Source of the DNA: Myxococcales bacterium
GTDB taxonomy: Bacteria > Myxococcota_A > UBA9042 > JABWCM01 > BTVJ01
Direction: 5' to 3'
NCBI GenBank assembly: GCA_045863395.1
Contig: BTVJ01000001.1
Location: 66,406-130,405, forward strand
DNA: 64,000 nucleotides
The notes beneath the pieces were generated by a model that saw nothing but the letters and a program-made list of their open reading frames with translations, made no database searches and was not told where the DNA came from. Below are positions 18,246 to 27,029 of the stretch, one piece after another; the stretch's first letter is position 1, and every line of letters starts with the position of its first letter. Position numbers and translations under genes: made by a program.

Positions 18246-21173
18246 ATGGCCACCAGAGACCCAGAAGACCCGCACGAACCCATCGAGGCGCTGGTCGATC
18301 ACCTGGCTCACCTGCTCCCCGGCCAGGGCCCGATCTCCGTGTTCGTCCACCACAACACGCTGCACGCCTTCGAGGACCGCCCGTTCGAGCGCGCGGTCGT
18401 GGAGGCGGGCGCGCTGTTCGGCTGCGAGCCCTGGCTGACCACGGGCGCCTACCGGGATGCCATCACCGAGGGGCGAATCACCGACGCGGACCTGGAGGCC
18501 GTCCTCGACGCAGAGGCGCAAGCGGACGCCCCCGTCGGTGGCGTGACGACGCGGCGCGCCATCCGCCTGCTGGTGCTGCGCCACGGGCTCCCCGAGGCGA
18601 GCGGCCAGGACCTGCGCTGGCTGCTCAGCGAGACCGACGCTCTGAGCAGCCTGCGCGCCGACGCCCCGGCGGCGGCGCGGATACGGCTCCACGGCGATCC
18701 GCCGACGTCCGAGGCAGCGGCCGCCCAAGCGCTGTGGGACGCGTGCCTGTCTGCCGTGAGCCCTCTGGCTCCGCCGCCTTCCCCCGCTCCCGCCAGGATG
18801 CCGCGCCACAGAGACCTCCTGCTGGCCGCGACTGGGGTGGACACGGACAGCATCGTCCATCCCGTGCTGATCCGCCTCTGCGCGGCCTGGCTCGACCAGG
18901 GACTCGCCTACTGGCCCATGCCGGATCGGGACCGCGGCCTCTGGGGGAGCGTCTGCTCGGTCTACGGGGGCGCCCGCTTCGTGGAGCCCTGGCTCACGGC
19001 GGCGGCCGCCGAGCTGTCCGGCGCTGGCGAGCCTGCCGCCGTGGTCACCCGCTCCCTTGCCGATCTCGGGGTGGAGCCGGGCGAGCGGCGGGCCTTCCTG
19101 ACGCCCACCCTGCTGGCCTTGCGCGGCTTCGGGGGCATGGTCCGGCAGCTCGAGGAGCGCCCCGACCGCGCCCCCACGAACCCGCTCCCGGCTCGGGTCT
19201 TGGACCTGCTCGCGCTGCGCCTGGTGCTCGAGCGCCACGCCCTGGCGCACGTCGCGCGGGAGACGCTGGGCTTCAGCGGCCCCCTGGCGTCGCTGCGCGC
19301 CCACCTGCGCGCCCAGCTCCCGCCACCCGTGGCCCCCACGGCGCAGGAGCGCGCGTGGCTCCTGTTCCAGCTCGCCCAGCTCCTCGGCCTGCCGGCAGCG
19401 CGGGTCCAGGGCCTGAGCGCAGACGACACGGCAGCGCTCCTCGCAGAGCTGGACGCCCTGCCCTCCCTCGAGAGGCGGCGCCTGCTCCACCTGGCCTACG
19501 AACGGAGCCACGCGACCATGGTCCTCGATGGGCTCGCGGTCCACACGGCCCACCCCCCGCACCCGCCGCCACCGGCCGAGTTCCAGGTGATCGCGTGCAT
19601 CGACGACCGGGAGGAGTCCCTGCGCCGCCACCTGGAGGAGCTCGCCCCGTCCTGCGAGACCTTCGGCGTCGCAGGGTTCTTCGGGGTCGCCATGTACTTC
19701 CGCGGCGCGGCCGACGCGCGCCCTCGCCCGCTCTGCCCGATCACCGTGCGTCCGGATCACCAGATCGGCGAGGAGGTGGACGAGGGTCTCACCGTACGGG
19801 CCGGCCGCCGCGAGCGAGCCCGACGCCTGATCGGCGGCGCCGCCATCTCGCTGCGCGTGTCGAGCCGGACCCTGGCCCGAGGGTCCGTGCTGACGGCGGC
19901 CCTGGGCCTCGCGGCCGCCGTCCCGCTGGTCCTGCGCGTCCTCTTTCCGCGGCTCGTCAGCGCCGCCAACGCCGCCGTCGCGTGGGTCCTGCGCCCGGCG
20001 TCCCGCTCGCGCCTCGCGCTGGACCGGCAACCCGCCGCAGCGCCCGTCCTCGGTACCTACGTGGGCTTCACCGTCGAGGAGATGGCCGGCATGGTACGCC
20101 GCCTCCTGGAGGACATCGGCCTGACCCGCCGCCTCTCCCGCCTGGTGCTGGTCCTCGGACACGGATCGTCCAGCGTCAACAACCCCCACCTGTCCGCCTA
20201 CGAGTGCGGCGCCTGCGGAGGGAACGGTGGCGGCCCAAACGCACGAGCATTCGCACAGATGGCGAATGACGGTCGCGTTCGCGCCATGCTCTCGACGCAA
20301 GGGATCGTCATACCGCCGGAGACACACTTTCTTGGTGCGTTTCACGACACGTGTCGCGACGCCATCTCCATCTACGACGAAGAGCGCATCCCCGCGACGC
20401 ACCGGGAGGCGGTCGCCCAGGTCCATCGGGTCCTGGACCAGGCGCGGGCCCGCAACGCCCACGAGCGGTCCCGCCGCTTCGAGTCCGCCCCCTCGTGGTT
20501 CCCCCCGGGCCTGGCCCTGGCCCACGTGGAAGGGCGCGCCAGCGATCTGGCCCAACCCCGCCCCGAGTACGGGCACTCCACCAACGCGGTCGCCATCATC
20601 GGGCGCCGCGAGCGTACGCGAGCCCTGTTCCTGGACCGCCGCGCCTTCCTCGTCTCCTACGACCCGACCACGGACCCGGACCGCTCGATCCTGGCTCGCG
20701 TCCTGGCGGCGGTTGTCCCCGTGGGCGTGGGGATCAACCTGGAGTACTGGTTCAGCCGGGTGGACCCGACCGGGTACGGGTGCGGGACCAAGCTGCCGCA
20801 CAACCTGACCGGCATGGTCGGGGTCATGGACGGCCACTCCAGCGACCTGCGCACGGGCCTGACGTGGCAGATGGTGGAGATCCACGAGCCCGTGCGCCTG
20901 CTCGTCATCGTGGAGGCCCCCCCCGAGGACCTGCTGCGGGTCGTGGCCGCCAATCCGAGCATCGAGCGCCTCGTCCGCAACCGGTGGATTCGCGTGGCCA
21001 CTCTGGCGCCCGACGGGGCGCAGCTCCACGTGCTGGGCCCCCATGGTGGCTTCGAGCCCTACGCGCCGTCATCGCGCCGGCTCCCCATCGTGCCCGCGTC
21101 GGCGGACTGGTACCGCGGCCACCGAGACCACCTTCGCTGTGCCCGCACGGGCCCCCTGGAGGTGAGCCTGTGA
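18246..21173 (+). CDS. dabA: DabA-like protein (DUF2309/UPF0753), the putative carbonic-anhydrase-like subunit of a DAB inorganic-carbon pump.
   Basis: 975 aa. Conserved Zn-site-like motifs IACIDDREES (Cys-x-Asp) and HGSSSVNNPHLSAYECGACGG (His..Cys), plus the C-terminal block NLEYWFSRVDPTGYGCGTKLPHN. GGAG 7 nt upstream of the ATG. Confidence 0.85.
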   Translation: MATRDPEDPHEPIEALVDHLAHLLPGQGPISVFVHHNTLHAFEDRPFERAVVEAGALFGCEPWLTTGAYRDAITEGRITDADLEAVLDAEAQADAPVGGVTTRRAIRLLVLRHGLPEASGQDLRWLLSETDALSSLRADAPAAARIRLHGDPPTSEAAAAQALWDACLSAVSPLAPPPSPAPARMPRHRDLLLAATGVDTDSIVHPVLIRLCAAWLDQGLAYWPMPDRDRGLWGSVCSVYGGARFVEPWLTAAAAELSGAGEPAAVVTRSLADLGVEPGERRAFLTPTLLALRGFGGMVRQLEERPDRAPTNPLPARVLDLLALRLVLERHALAHVARETLGFSGPLASLRAHLRAQLPPPVAPTAQERAWLLFQLAQLLGLPAARVQGLSADDTAALLAELDALPSLERRRLLHLAYERSHATMVLDGLAVHTAHPPHPPPPAEFQVIACIDDREESLRRHLEELAPSCETFGVAGFFGVAMYFRGAADARPRPLCPITVRPDHQIGEEVDEGLTVRAGRRERARRLIGGAAISLRVSSRTLARGSVLTAALGLAAAVPLVLRVLFPRLVSAANAAVAWVLRPASRSRLALDRQPAAAPVLGTYVGFTVEEMAGMVRRLLEDIGLTRRLSRLVLVLGHGSSSVNNPHLSAYECGACGGNGGGPNARAFAQMANDGRVRAMLSTQGIVIPPETHFLGAFHDTCRDAISIYDEERIPATHREAVAQVHRVLDQARARNAHERSRRFESAPSWFPPGLALAHVEGRASDLAQPRPEYGHSTNAVAIIGRRERTRALFLDRRAFLVSYDPTTDPDRSILARVLAAVVPVGVGINLEYWFSRVDPTGYGCGTKLPHNLTGMVGVMDGHSSDLRTGLTWQMVEIHEPVRLLVIVEAPPEDLLRVVAANPSIERLVRNRWIRVATLAPDGAQLHVLGPHGGFEPYAPSSRRLPIVPASADWYRGHRDHLRCARTGPLEVSL

Positions 21174-22507
21174 GCCCGGAGCTGTTGGCGACGACCCTCG
21201 CGTTGTCGTCCGCGTTTGCCCCCGCGGCCCTCTTCGCCACCCTCGGCGTCGCGTCCCTCGCGGGGCGCCCTCTCCCCGAGGGGGTCACGGGGACGCTGGT
21301 CCGCTTCACGTTCACGCTGGCGGTCCTCTGCAACCTTGCGCTGATCGGCGTGATGGCCTCGGCGGGCCTCGACCGGCTCGTCATTCCTCTCGGCGCCTGG
21401 TTCTCGGTCGGCCACTACTCCTTCCACGTGGGCCTGCTCATCGACCGGCTCTCGGCCCCCTTCGCCTTGCTCACCGTGGTCCTCTGCGGCGTCGTCGGCT
21501 CCTTCGCGCACCGCTACCTGCACCGGGAGCCAGGCTACAACCGCTTCTTCGTCCTGCACGCGCTGTTCGCCACCGGCATGACCCTGACTGTGCTCGGGGC
21601 CTCCATCGAGACGATCTTCTTCGGCTGGGAGCTCGTGGGCCTTGCCTCCGCGCTGCTCATCGCCTTTTACCACGAGCGCCCCGAGCCGGTCCGAAACGGC
21701 CTGCGCACCCTGGCCATCTACCGCCTCACCGACATCGGCCTGCTCGGCGCCGCGGTCCTGCTGCACCACCTGGTCGGCACGGGTCAGCTCCTGCACGTCC
21801 TTGGAGACGCCCCCTGGCCACACGGCGCGACCGCCATCGACGCGGGACCGGCGACCGCCGCCGCGCTCCTGCTCATGATCGCGGCCATCGGCAAGTCCGC
21901 GCAGTTGCCGCTCTGCGGGTGGCTCCCGCGCGCCATGGAGGGGCCCACCCCGTCGAGCGCCATCTTCTATGGGGCCCTCTCCGTGCACGCCGGGGCGTAC
22001 CTGCTGCTGCGGGCGGCCCCCCTGCTCGACCGCTCGCCCGCTGCGGCCGCCGCGGTCACCGTTATCGGCGCCCTGACCGCCCTGCACGCCACCTTCGTCG
22101 GGCGCGTCCAGTCCGACGTCAAGTCGGCGCTGGCCTATGCGTCGCTCACCCAGGTGGGCGTGATCATCGCCGAGGTGGGCCTCGGGTTCCGCTGGCTCCC
22201 GGTGGCCCACGCCGTGGGCCACGCCTGCGTCCGCACGCTCCAGCTCCTGCGGGCCCCGTCGGCGCTGCACGACTTCACCACCACCGCCAACGCGGTCGGC
22301 GGAGTGGTGCCGCGGACGGGCGGCCACCTGGAGCGCCTGGTCCCGCCCTCCTGGCAGCGCCACCTCTATCGCTGGAGCCTGGAGCGCGGCCACCTGGACC
22401 CCTGGCTCGACCGCTGGGTCGTCGCGCCGGTGCTGCGCGCCCTCCGGGTCCTCGACCGCGCCGAGCGTCGCTGGACCGACCGGCTCGGGGGTGGACGTCG
22501 TGGCTGA
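21170..22507 (+). CDS. dabB: DabB-like NuoL/MnhA-family proton-translocating membrane subunit.
   Basis: GTG 21170 overlaps the dabA stop (GTGA). Polytopic. Motif LCGWLPRAMEGPTPSSAIFYGALSVHAGAYLLLR matches the NuoL/MrpA [22 protein letters not shown] signature. ORF-track entry 20351..22507 is extended upstream out of frame with dabA. Confidence 0.8.
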   Translation: MSPELLATTLALSSAFAPAALFATLGVASLAGRPLPEGVTGTLVRFTFTLAVLCNLALIGVMASAGLDRLVIPLGAWFSVGHYSFHVGLLIDRLSAPFALLTVVLCGVVGSFAHRYLHREPGYNRFFVLHALFATGMTLTVLGASIETIFFGWELVGLASALLIAFYHERPEPVRNGLRTLAIYRLTDIGLLGAAVLLHHLVGTGQLLHVLGDAPWPHGATAIDAGPATAAALLLMIAAIGKSAQLPLCGWLPRAMEGPTPSSAIFYGALSVHAGAYLLLRAAPLLDRSPAAAAAVTVIGALTALHATFVGRVQSDVKSALAYASLTQVGVIIAEVGLGFRWLPVAHAVGHACVRTLQLLRAPSALHDFTTTANAVGGVVPRTGGHLERLVPPSWQRHLYRWSLERGHLDPWLDRWVVAPVLRALRVLDRAERRWTDRLGGGRRG

Positions 22508-23924
22508 GCTCTCCTTCCCGTGGCTGACCCTCGTTGTCGCCCTCCCGACGCTGGCCTCGGCGATCACCTGGCTGCGCCTCCGCCCGGAGACGGTCCGCCG
22601 CGTCTCCCTCGCAGGTGTGGGGCTCACCCTCGGGGTCGCGATCGCCGTCGCGTGGGTCTCCGCTGGGCAGGGTCCCCTGCGGGACCCCCTGCTCGGCGCC
22701 ATCGCGGGCCGCCCCCTGCTCGGCGTGGACGAGCTGTCAGCCCTGCTCCTGCCCTTCGGCGCGCTGGTCTTCGCGCTCGTGGTGCTCGTGATGCCCCTCA
22801 CCCGGCTGGGCACCCACGAGGAGCCGCGCACACTGGCAGCCGAGGCCATCGTGCTCGCTACGTTCTGTGCCCAGGATCCCGTGGTGCTCGCCGTGCTGTG
22901 GGCCTTCGCAATCATCCCACCACTGCTCGCCCTGAGGGCGCGCGGCGAGGCGACGGCGGGGACCCTGCGTGTCTTCGCCGTCTACATGGGCGTCGCGGTG
23001 GTCACGTTCGTGGCCGGCGCCGTCCTCCTCGCAGTGGGGGGCGACGCCGCGCTGGTCGGCTCGGCGCTGGTGACCGCGGCCGTGCTGGTGCGCAAGGGCA
23101 TCGTCCCCATGCACTCCTGGCTTCCCCCCCTCATGGAGCGCGGCCCCATGAGCCTTGCGACGCTGTTCTCGGTGCCACAGCTCGGCGCCTACGCCTTCGT
23201 CCGCCTCGTGTTGCCGACCGCCCCGGACGACCTCCTCAGCATCGTCGGCGAGCTGTCCCTGCTGACCGCCGTGTATGGCGCCGCCCTGGCCCTGGTCCAG
23301 ACCGAGGCCCGGCGCGCCTTCGGGTTCCTCTTCCTGAGTGAGTCGGCGCTGGTCCTCGCGGGCCTGGAGGGCGCCTCCGAGGTCGGCCTGACCGGCGCCC
23401 TGGTCGTGTGGCTGTCCGCCGGCCTCGCGCTGACGGGCTTCGGCATGACCTTGCGTGTGTTGGAGGCGCGCCGAGGCGACCTCTCGCTGCTCCACTTCCA
23501 CGGGGGCTACCGCAGGACGCCGCTGCTCGCTGCGTGCTTCCTGCTCCTGGGCCTGGCGAGCGCCGGCTTCCCCGGCACCCTCGGCTTCATCGGCGGCGAG
23601 CTCCTCATCGACGGCGCGGTCGCCGCCCACCCCCAGGTGGGCTTCGCCGTGGTGCTCGCGGCGGCGCTGAACGGCATCACCGTCATTCGCATGTACGGCG
23701 TGCTCTTCGCGGGAGCCCGGCGCCACGCCCCGTATTCCCAGCGCCTTCGACGCCGGGAGGCCCTCGGCTTCCTCACCCTGGTCGCGTTGCTTCTGGCCGC
23801 GGGACTGGCACCACGCGCGCTGGTCTCCTCTCGAGCCCGGGCCGCCGCAGAGTCCCTGGAGTCTCGCACGTCTCGTGCCAGCGCCCCGAGCGCCGAGCTT
23901 GATCCAGATCAATCCCAGGATTGA
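22491..23924 (+). CDS. Second antiporter-like membrane subunit, NuoM/NuoN/MrpD family.
   Basis: 477 aa, polytopic. Motif IVPMHSWLPPLMERGPMSLATLFSVPQLGAYAFVRLVLP matches the NuoM/MrpD TWLPDAH-type signature. Overlaps dabB by 17 nt. Confidence 0.75.
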   Translation: MDVVAELSFPWLTLVVALPTLASAITWLRLRPETVRRVSLAGVGLTLGVAIAVAWVSAGQGPLRDPLLGAIAGRPLLGVDELSALLLPFGALVFALVVLVMPLTRLGTHEEPRTLAAEAIVLATFCAQDPVVLAVLWAFAIIPPLLALRARGEATAGTLRVFAVYMGVAVVTFVAGAVLLAVGGDAALVGSALVTAAVLVRKGIVPMHSWLPPLMERGPMSLATLFSVPQLGAYAFVRLVLPTAPDDLLSIVGELSLLTAVYGAALALVQTEARRAFGFLFLSESALVLAGLEGASEVGLTGALVVWLSAGLALTGFGMTLRVLEARRGDLSLLHFHGGYRRTPLLAACFLLLGLASAGFPGTLGFIGGELLIDGAVAAHPQVGFAVVLAAALNGITVIRMYGVLFAGARRHAPYSQRLRRREALGFLTLVALLLAAGLAPRALVSSRARAAAESLESRTSRASAPSAELDPDQSQD

Positions 23925-24200
23925 GCAAGATCAATGCGCGAGCCACGAGACAGGGAGTATGGTTCCCGTCGTTGCCCCGACAGACGAACCAGAGAGGCAG
24001 GAGATAGCACCTCTGGACCACCATGGAGGTCACGGGCCACAGACCAGAGAGAATTTCGGAGTGGGTGTGGCGTCGGTGGCCCGGCGTCGGCCGGCTGGGT
24101 GGCCGGTCAGACATTTCGTCACGGGATCAACGGGTTTCGGGGTTCGAGAGCGCGAAGACGTCGCCGGGAGTCGAACCCCGAGGGTAGACTGGAGGAAGTC

Positions 24201-24542
24201 ATGTTCGTTCGCAAGCTCGTCACATTCATCTCGACCGCAGCTCTCACCACCGTCCTGGGAGTCGGCCTCGCGTCCGCAGATGGCAAGGACATCTTCACCA
24301 AGAACGGCTGCACCAAGTGCCACTCGGTCAAGAGCGCCGGCGTGATGAAGGAGGGCGGCGAGGAGGCGAAGGGCACCAAGGAGCTGTCCACGGTCGGCTC
24401 CCGGGAGGGCGTCACGGAGGACGCGCTGAGCGGCTTCCTCAAGAAGACGTCCGAGCTCCACGGAAAGAAGCACGCGAAAGAGTTCAAGGGGAGCGACGCA
24501 GACCTCAAGGCGCTCGTCGGCTGGCTCGCCAGCCTGAAGTAG
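24201..24542 (+). CDS. Small class I c-type cytochrome.
   Basis: ATG 24201 with GGAGG 6 nt upstream. 113 aa. Signal peptide MFVRKLVTFISTAALTTVLGVGLASA. Single CxxCH heme site, GCTKCH. Confidence 0.75.
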   Translation: MFVRKLVTFISTAALTTVLGVGLASADGKDIFTKNGCTKCHSVKSAGVMKEGGEEAKGTKELSTVGSREGVTEDALSGFLKKTSELHGKKHAKEFKGSDADLKALVGWLASLK

Positions 24543-24719
24543 CGTCCACCACTCAGAGCAGGGCTCCGCGGCCACCGCGTACCACGAAGACCCCCGTACC
24601 GACGGCGACCCGAGCAGGTCGCGTGCTACGACGCCTCACCAACGAGACAACCAGCTACTCACTGACTGCTACGGGCCGCGGAGCTCTGCGCTCGACTCGC
24701 ACGGCGGACAGCCGCGCTG

Positions 24720-27029
24720 TCAGGGGAGAGTCTCTGGAGCGCGCGTCCGGAATCGGCCATCGATTTCGCCTATCAGGTCGACGACGCTGTCCATGTAGCG
24801 CAGGTCGTCTCGCTCCTCCGCCCACCGGTTGGCGAGCAGGTTCAGGTAGAGGCTGCCGTCGTGGCACTCCATGACGAGCTGGGAGCTGGGAATCGACCGC
24901 TCCTCGCAGGATTCGTGGGGACCTGTGCAGGCTGGGTCCATGCACAGGCGCGTCCCGCTCGGCCCCTTGCGGCATGCGCACTCCCGCTGCCCGGTCACCT
25001 GGTCCACCCAGCAGCACGACCCGTCCGGAATGACGACGAGCACCCGCGCGAGCTGCCCATCGATCATGAAGGGAGCCAGGGCGACGCTGGCTGGCGCCAG
25101 GTCGACGGGCTCCTGCCCGTGCCCGTGCAGCATGAAGATCACGGGATAGCGCTGGTCCGCGAAGGCGGGGTCGTTGTAGCCAGGCGGCAGGATGGCGGTG
25201 TAGTTGCGGCGCGCCTTCATGGAGGGGCTGTAGAAGGTCAGGTTCTGGCTGAGATCCGACGTCAGGCCACCTCCCTTGCGGATGTCCGGGTCCGGCATGC
25301 GGCGGACCGCGAACGCGAGGAAGCCCACGAGCCGGTTGAGGGCCTGACCGATGTTCCCGACGTGCTTGCCGTCGCCCTTGTCGATCTGCGCCTGGGTCGC
25401 GTCCGGGCTCCCGTACTCCACCAGGACGTGCTTGCCGATGCCCTTCGCCGAGATGTCCGCCGACTGGATGGCGCCGATGAAGGCGTCCTCCTGGGAGTCG
25501 GGGAGCAGCGCGTCGGGGGCGCCTGCAAAGTTGTGATAGACCCGGATGTCCTCGCCCCGCGCCCGCAACGCCCCCACCACCTGCCGAGTGGCGACGAGCG
25601 AGTGCAACGTATCGCGGATGCCGCCATCGAACCAGAAGTCCAGGTTCTCGAGGTCTTCGGCCGGGAGATTCCGGATCTGCGTGAGCGCGTCCACGGCGCG
25701 CATGCGGTCAAACGCCGCGGTATAGTCGTAGACCCCGTTGCCCTCCCCATGGTCGGCGAACCCGCTCAGTCCCGCAGGGACCCCGTCGACTCCGAGGTCA
25801 TCAAAGGGCTCCCCGAACTCGTAGGACTCGTTGCCCTCCGTCCCCTCCGGCTTGTCCCACCAGTGGTAGTCATCGCCGTTGGGGTCTCCGTCGGCGGCGA
25901 TGGCCTCCGAGGGGAGACACCCGCCCAACCCATCCTCTCGGGAGCTGGGGCAGCCGTCGGCGCCGACGTCGCTCCACCGCTCGGCGGGGTTCACGAGGAT
26001 GGGCTCCCCCAGGTCGCGGCGCCCGTTGCCGTTGATGTCCACGGCCAGGAGCACGTCGACGGGGCGATCGTGCGCCACGGCCGGGTCGAACTCGTTCTTC
26101 GCCAGGCCAGGGGTCACTTGCTTGTCGGAGTCGCAAAACGGGATCACGGGCCAGGCTCCCGCCGGGTTGTACTCGGCGTTGAAGGATGCCTCGGCCGGTA
26201 CGGGCAGGGGGGCGGCGCAGCGGTCTTTCGGACTGGTGGAACTCCACCACTCCCACGACACGCCCGCCGGCAGGTAGGCGCTCTTTCCTTGGGCCGTCGA
26301 GAAGTTGCCGAAGGCCATCATGAACGACTGGAGGATGTCGGCGTAGAACTCGCGGTCGAAGGTCTTGCCGTCGTTGTCGAAGTGAAGGTGGTTCCAGTCC
26401 TGGGCGAACTCGTACTCGAAGGTGGGCTGCACCGGTCCACACGTCACAGGGGGAACGGCGACAGCATCGTTCAGGTCTGGAGCCGCCTCGAGCTGCTCCA
26501 GCGGGCAGAAGCCGCCGAGGTGGAGCCGCCTCCCCGCGGGCACGAAGTACGAGAAGTTGATGTAGCCGCCCATGGCGCCTACCACGTCGAACTTCTCTGG
26601 GTTCTGCAGCGCGATGAAGGCCGCCGCGGCGCCCATGGACACGCCACCGATGGCCCGGAAGTTCCATGTGCGCGGGGGGCCGGGTGGGTCGTCGGGCCCC
26701 GCGTCGGACTCGGCGTCTGGGTGCGCGTCCGGCGCAGCGTCCGGCGCGTCGGGCCCGGCGGCGTCCGGTGATCCGCCGACGTCATGCAGGGGGACATCGA
26801 CGGTCGCGTCCGTGGCCGCCGTGTCCTCGACGTGGGCCTCGTCGACGGCGGCGTCTTTGGCGGTGGCGATGTCGAGCCCCCCTGTGGCGGCATCCGCAGC
26901 GCTCGGCCCATCGCCGCCGCACCGGGACGCGGCGGTCACCATGAGCAAGGAGGCGAGCGTCCAGCGAACCGCCATCCAACGTGGGACAGTCTGGCGGAGG
27001 GGACCAGGGGGCCGTGTCAGAGGAGCCAT
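24720..27029 (-). CDS. Secreted alpha/beta-hydrolase, putative esterase family.
   Basis: Signal MAVRWTLASLLMVTAASRCGG. GxSxG nucleophile GGVSMGAAAAF and FMLHGHGQEP. Alternative start ATG 26975. Overlaps the stop of upstream gene 27017..30589 by 13 nt. Confidence 0.7.
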   Translation of the reverse strand: MAPLTRPPGPLRQTVPRWMAVRWTLASLLMVTAASRCGGDGPSAADAATGGLDIATAKDAAVDEAHVEDTAATDATVDVPLHDVGGSPDAAGPDAPDAAPDAHPDAESDAGPDDPPGPPRTWNFRAIGGVSMGAAAAFIALQNPEKFDVVGAMGGYINFSYFVPAGRRLHLGGFCPLEQLEAAPDLNDAVAVPPVTCGPVQPTFEYEFAQDWNHLHFDNDGKTFDREFYADILQSFMMAFGNFSTAQGKSAYLPAGVSWEWWSSTSPKDRCAAPLPVPAEASFNAEYNPAGAWPVIPFCDSDKQVTPGLAKNEFDPAVAHDRPVDVLLAVDINGNGRRDLGEPILVNPAERWSDVGADGCPSSREDGLGGCLPSEAIAADGDPNGDDYHWWDKPEGTEGNESYEFGEPFDDLGVDGVPAGLSGFADHGEGNGVYDYTAAFDRMRAVDALTQIRNLPAEDLENLDFWFDGGIRDTLHSLVATRQVVGALRARGEDIRVYHNFAGAPDALLPDSQEDAFIGAIQSADISAKGIGKHVLVEYGSPDATQAQIDKGDGKHVGNIGQALNRLVGFLAFAVRRMPDPDIRKGGGLTSDLSQNLTFYSPSMKARRNYTAILPPGYNDPAFADQRYPVIFMLHGHGQEPVDLAPASVALAPFMIDGQLARVLVVIPDGSCCWVDQVTGQRECACRKGPSGTRLCMDPACTGPHESCEERSIPSSQLVMECHDGSLYLNLLANRWAEERDDLRYMDSVVDLIGEIDGRFRTRAPETLP

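Noticed and set aside
17853-21044. 1063-aa minus-strand ORF antisense to dabA
   Set aside because: Extremely Arg/Gly/Ala-rich with no motifs. It overlaps a sense gene that has clear DUF2309 signatures.
20351-21169. Upstream extension of the dabB ORF (track 20351..22507)
   Set aside because: Overlaps dabA out of frame and is Pro/Arg/Gly-rich. GTG 21170 couples directly to the dabA stop and precedes the first TM helix.
24558-24721. Inverted repeats downstream of the cytochrome c gene (GGCTCCGCGGCC...GGCCGCGGAGC, ~100 nt apart; GACAGC-cgc-GCTGTC at 24707..24721)
   Set aside because: They could be a bidirectional terminator between the convergent cytochrome and esterase genes. The stems are GC-rich without a U-tract, and the second overlaps the esterase stop. 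Too ambiguous to call.
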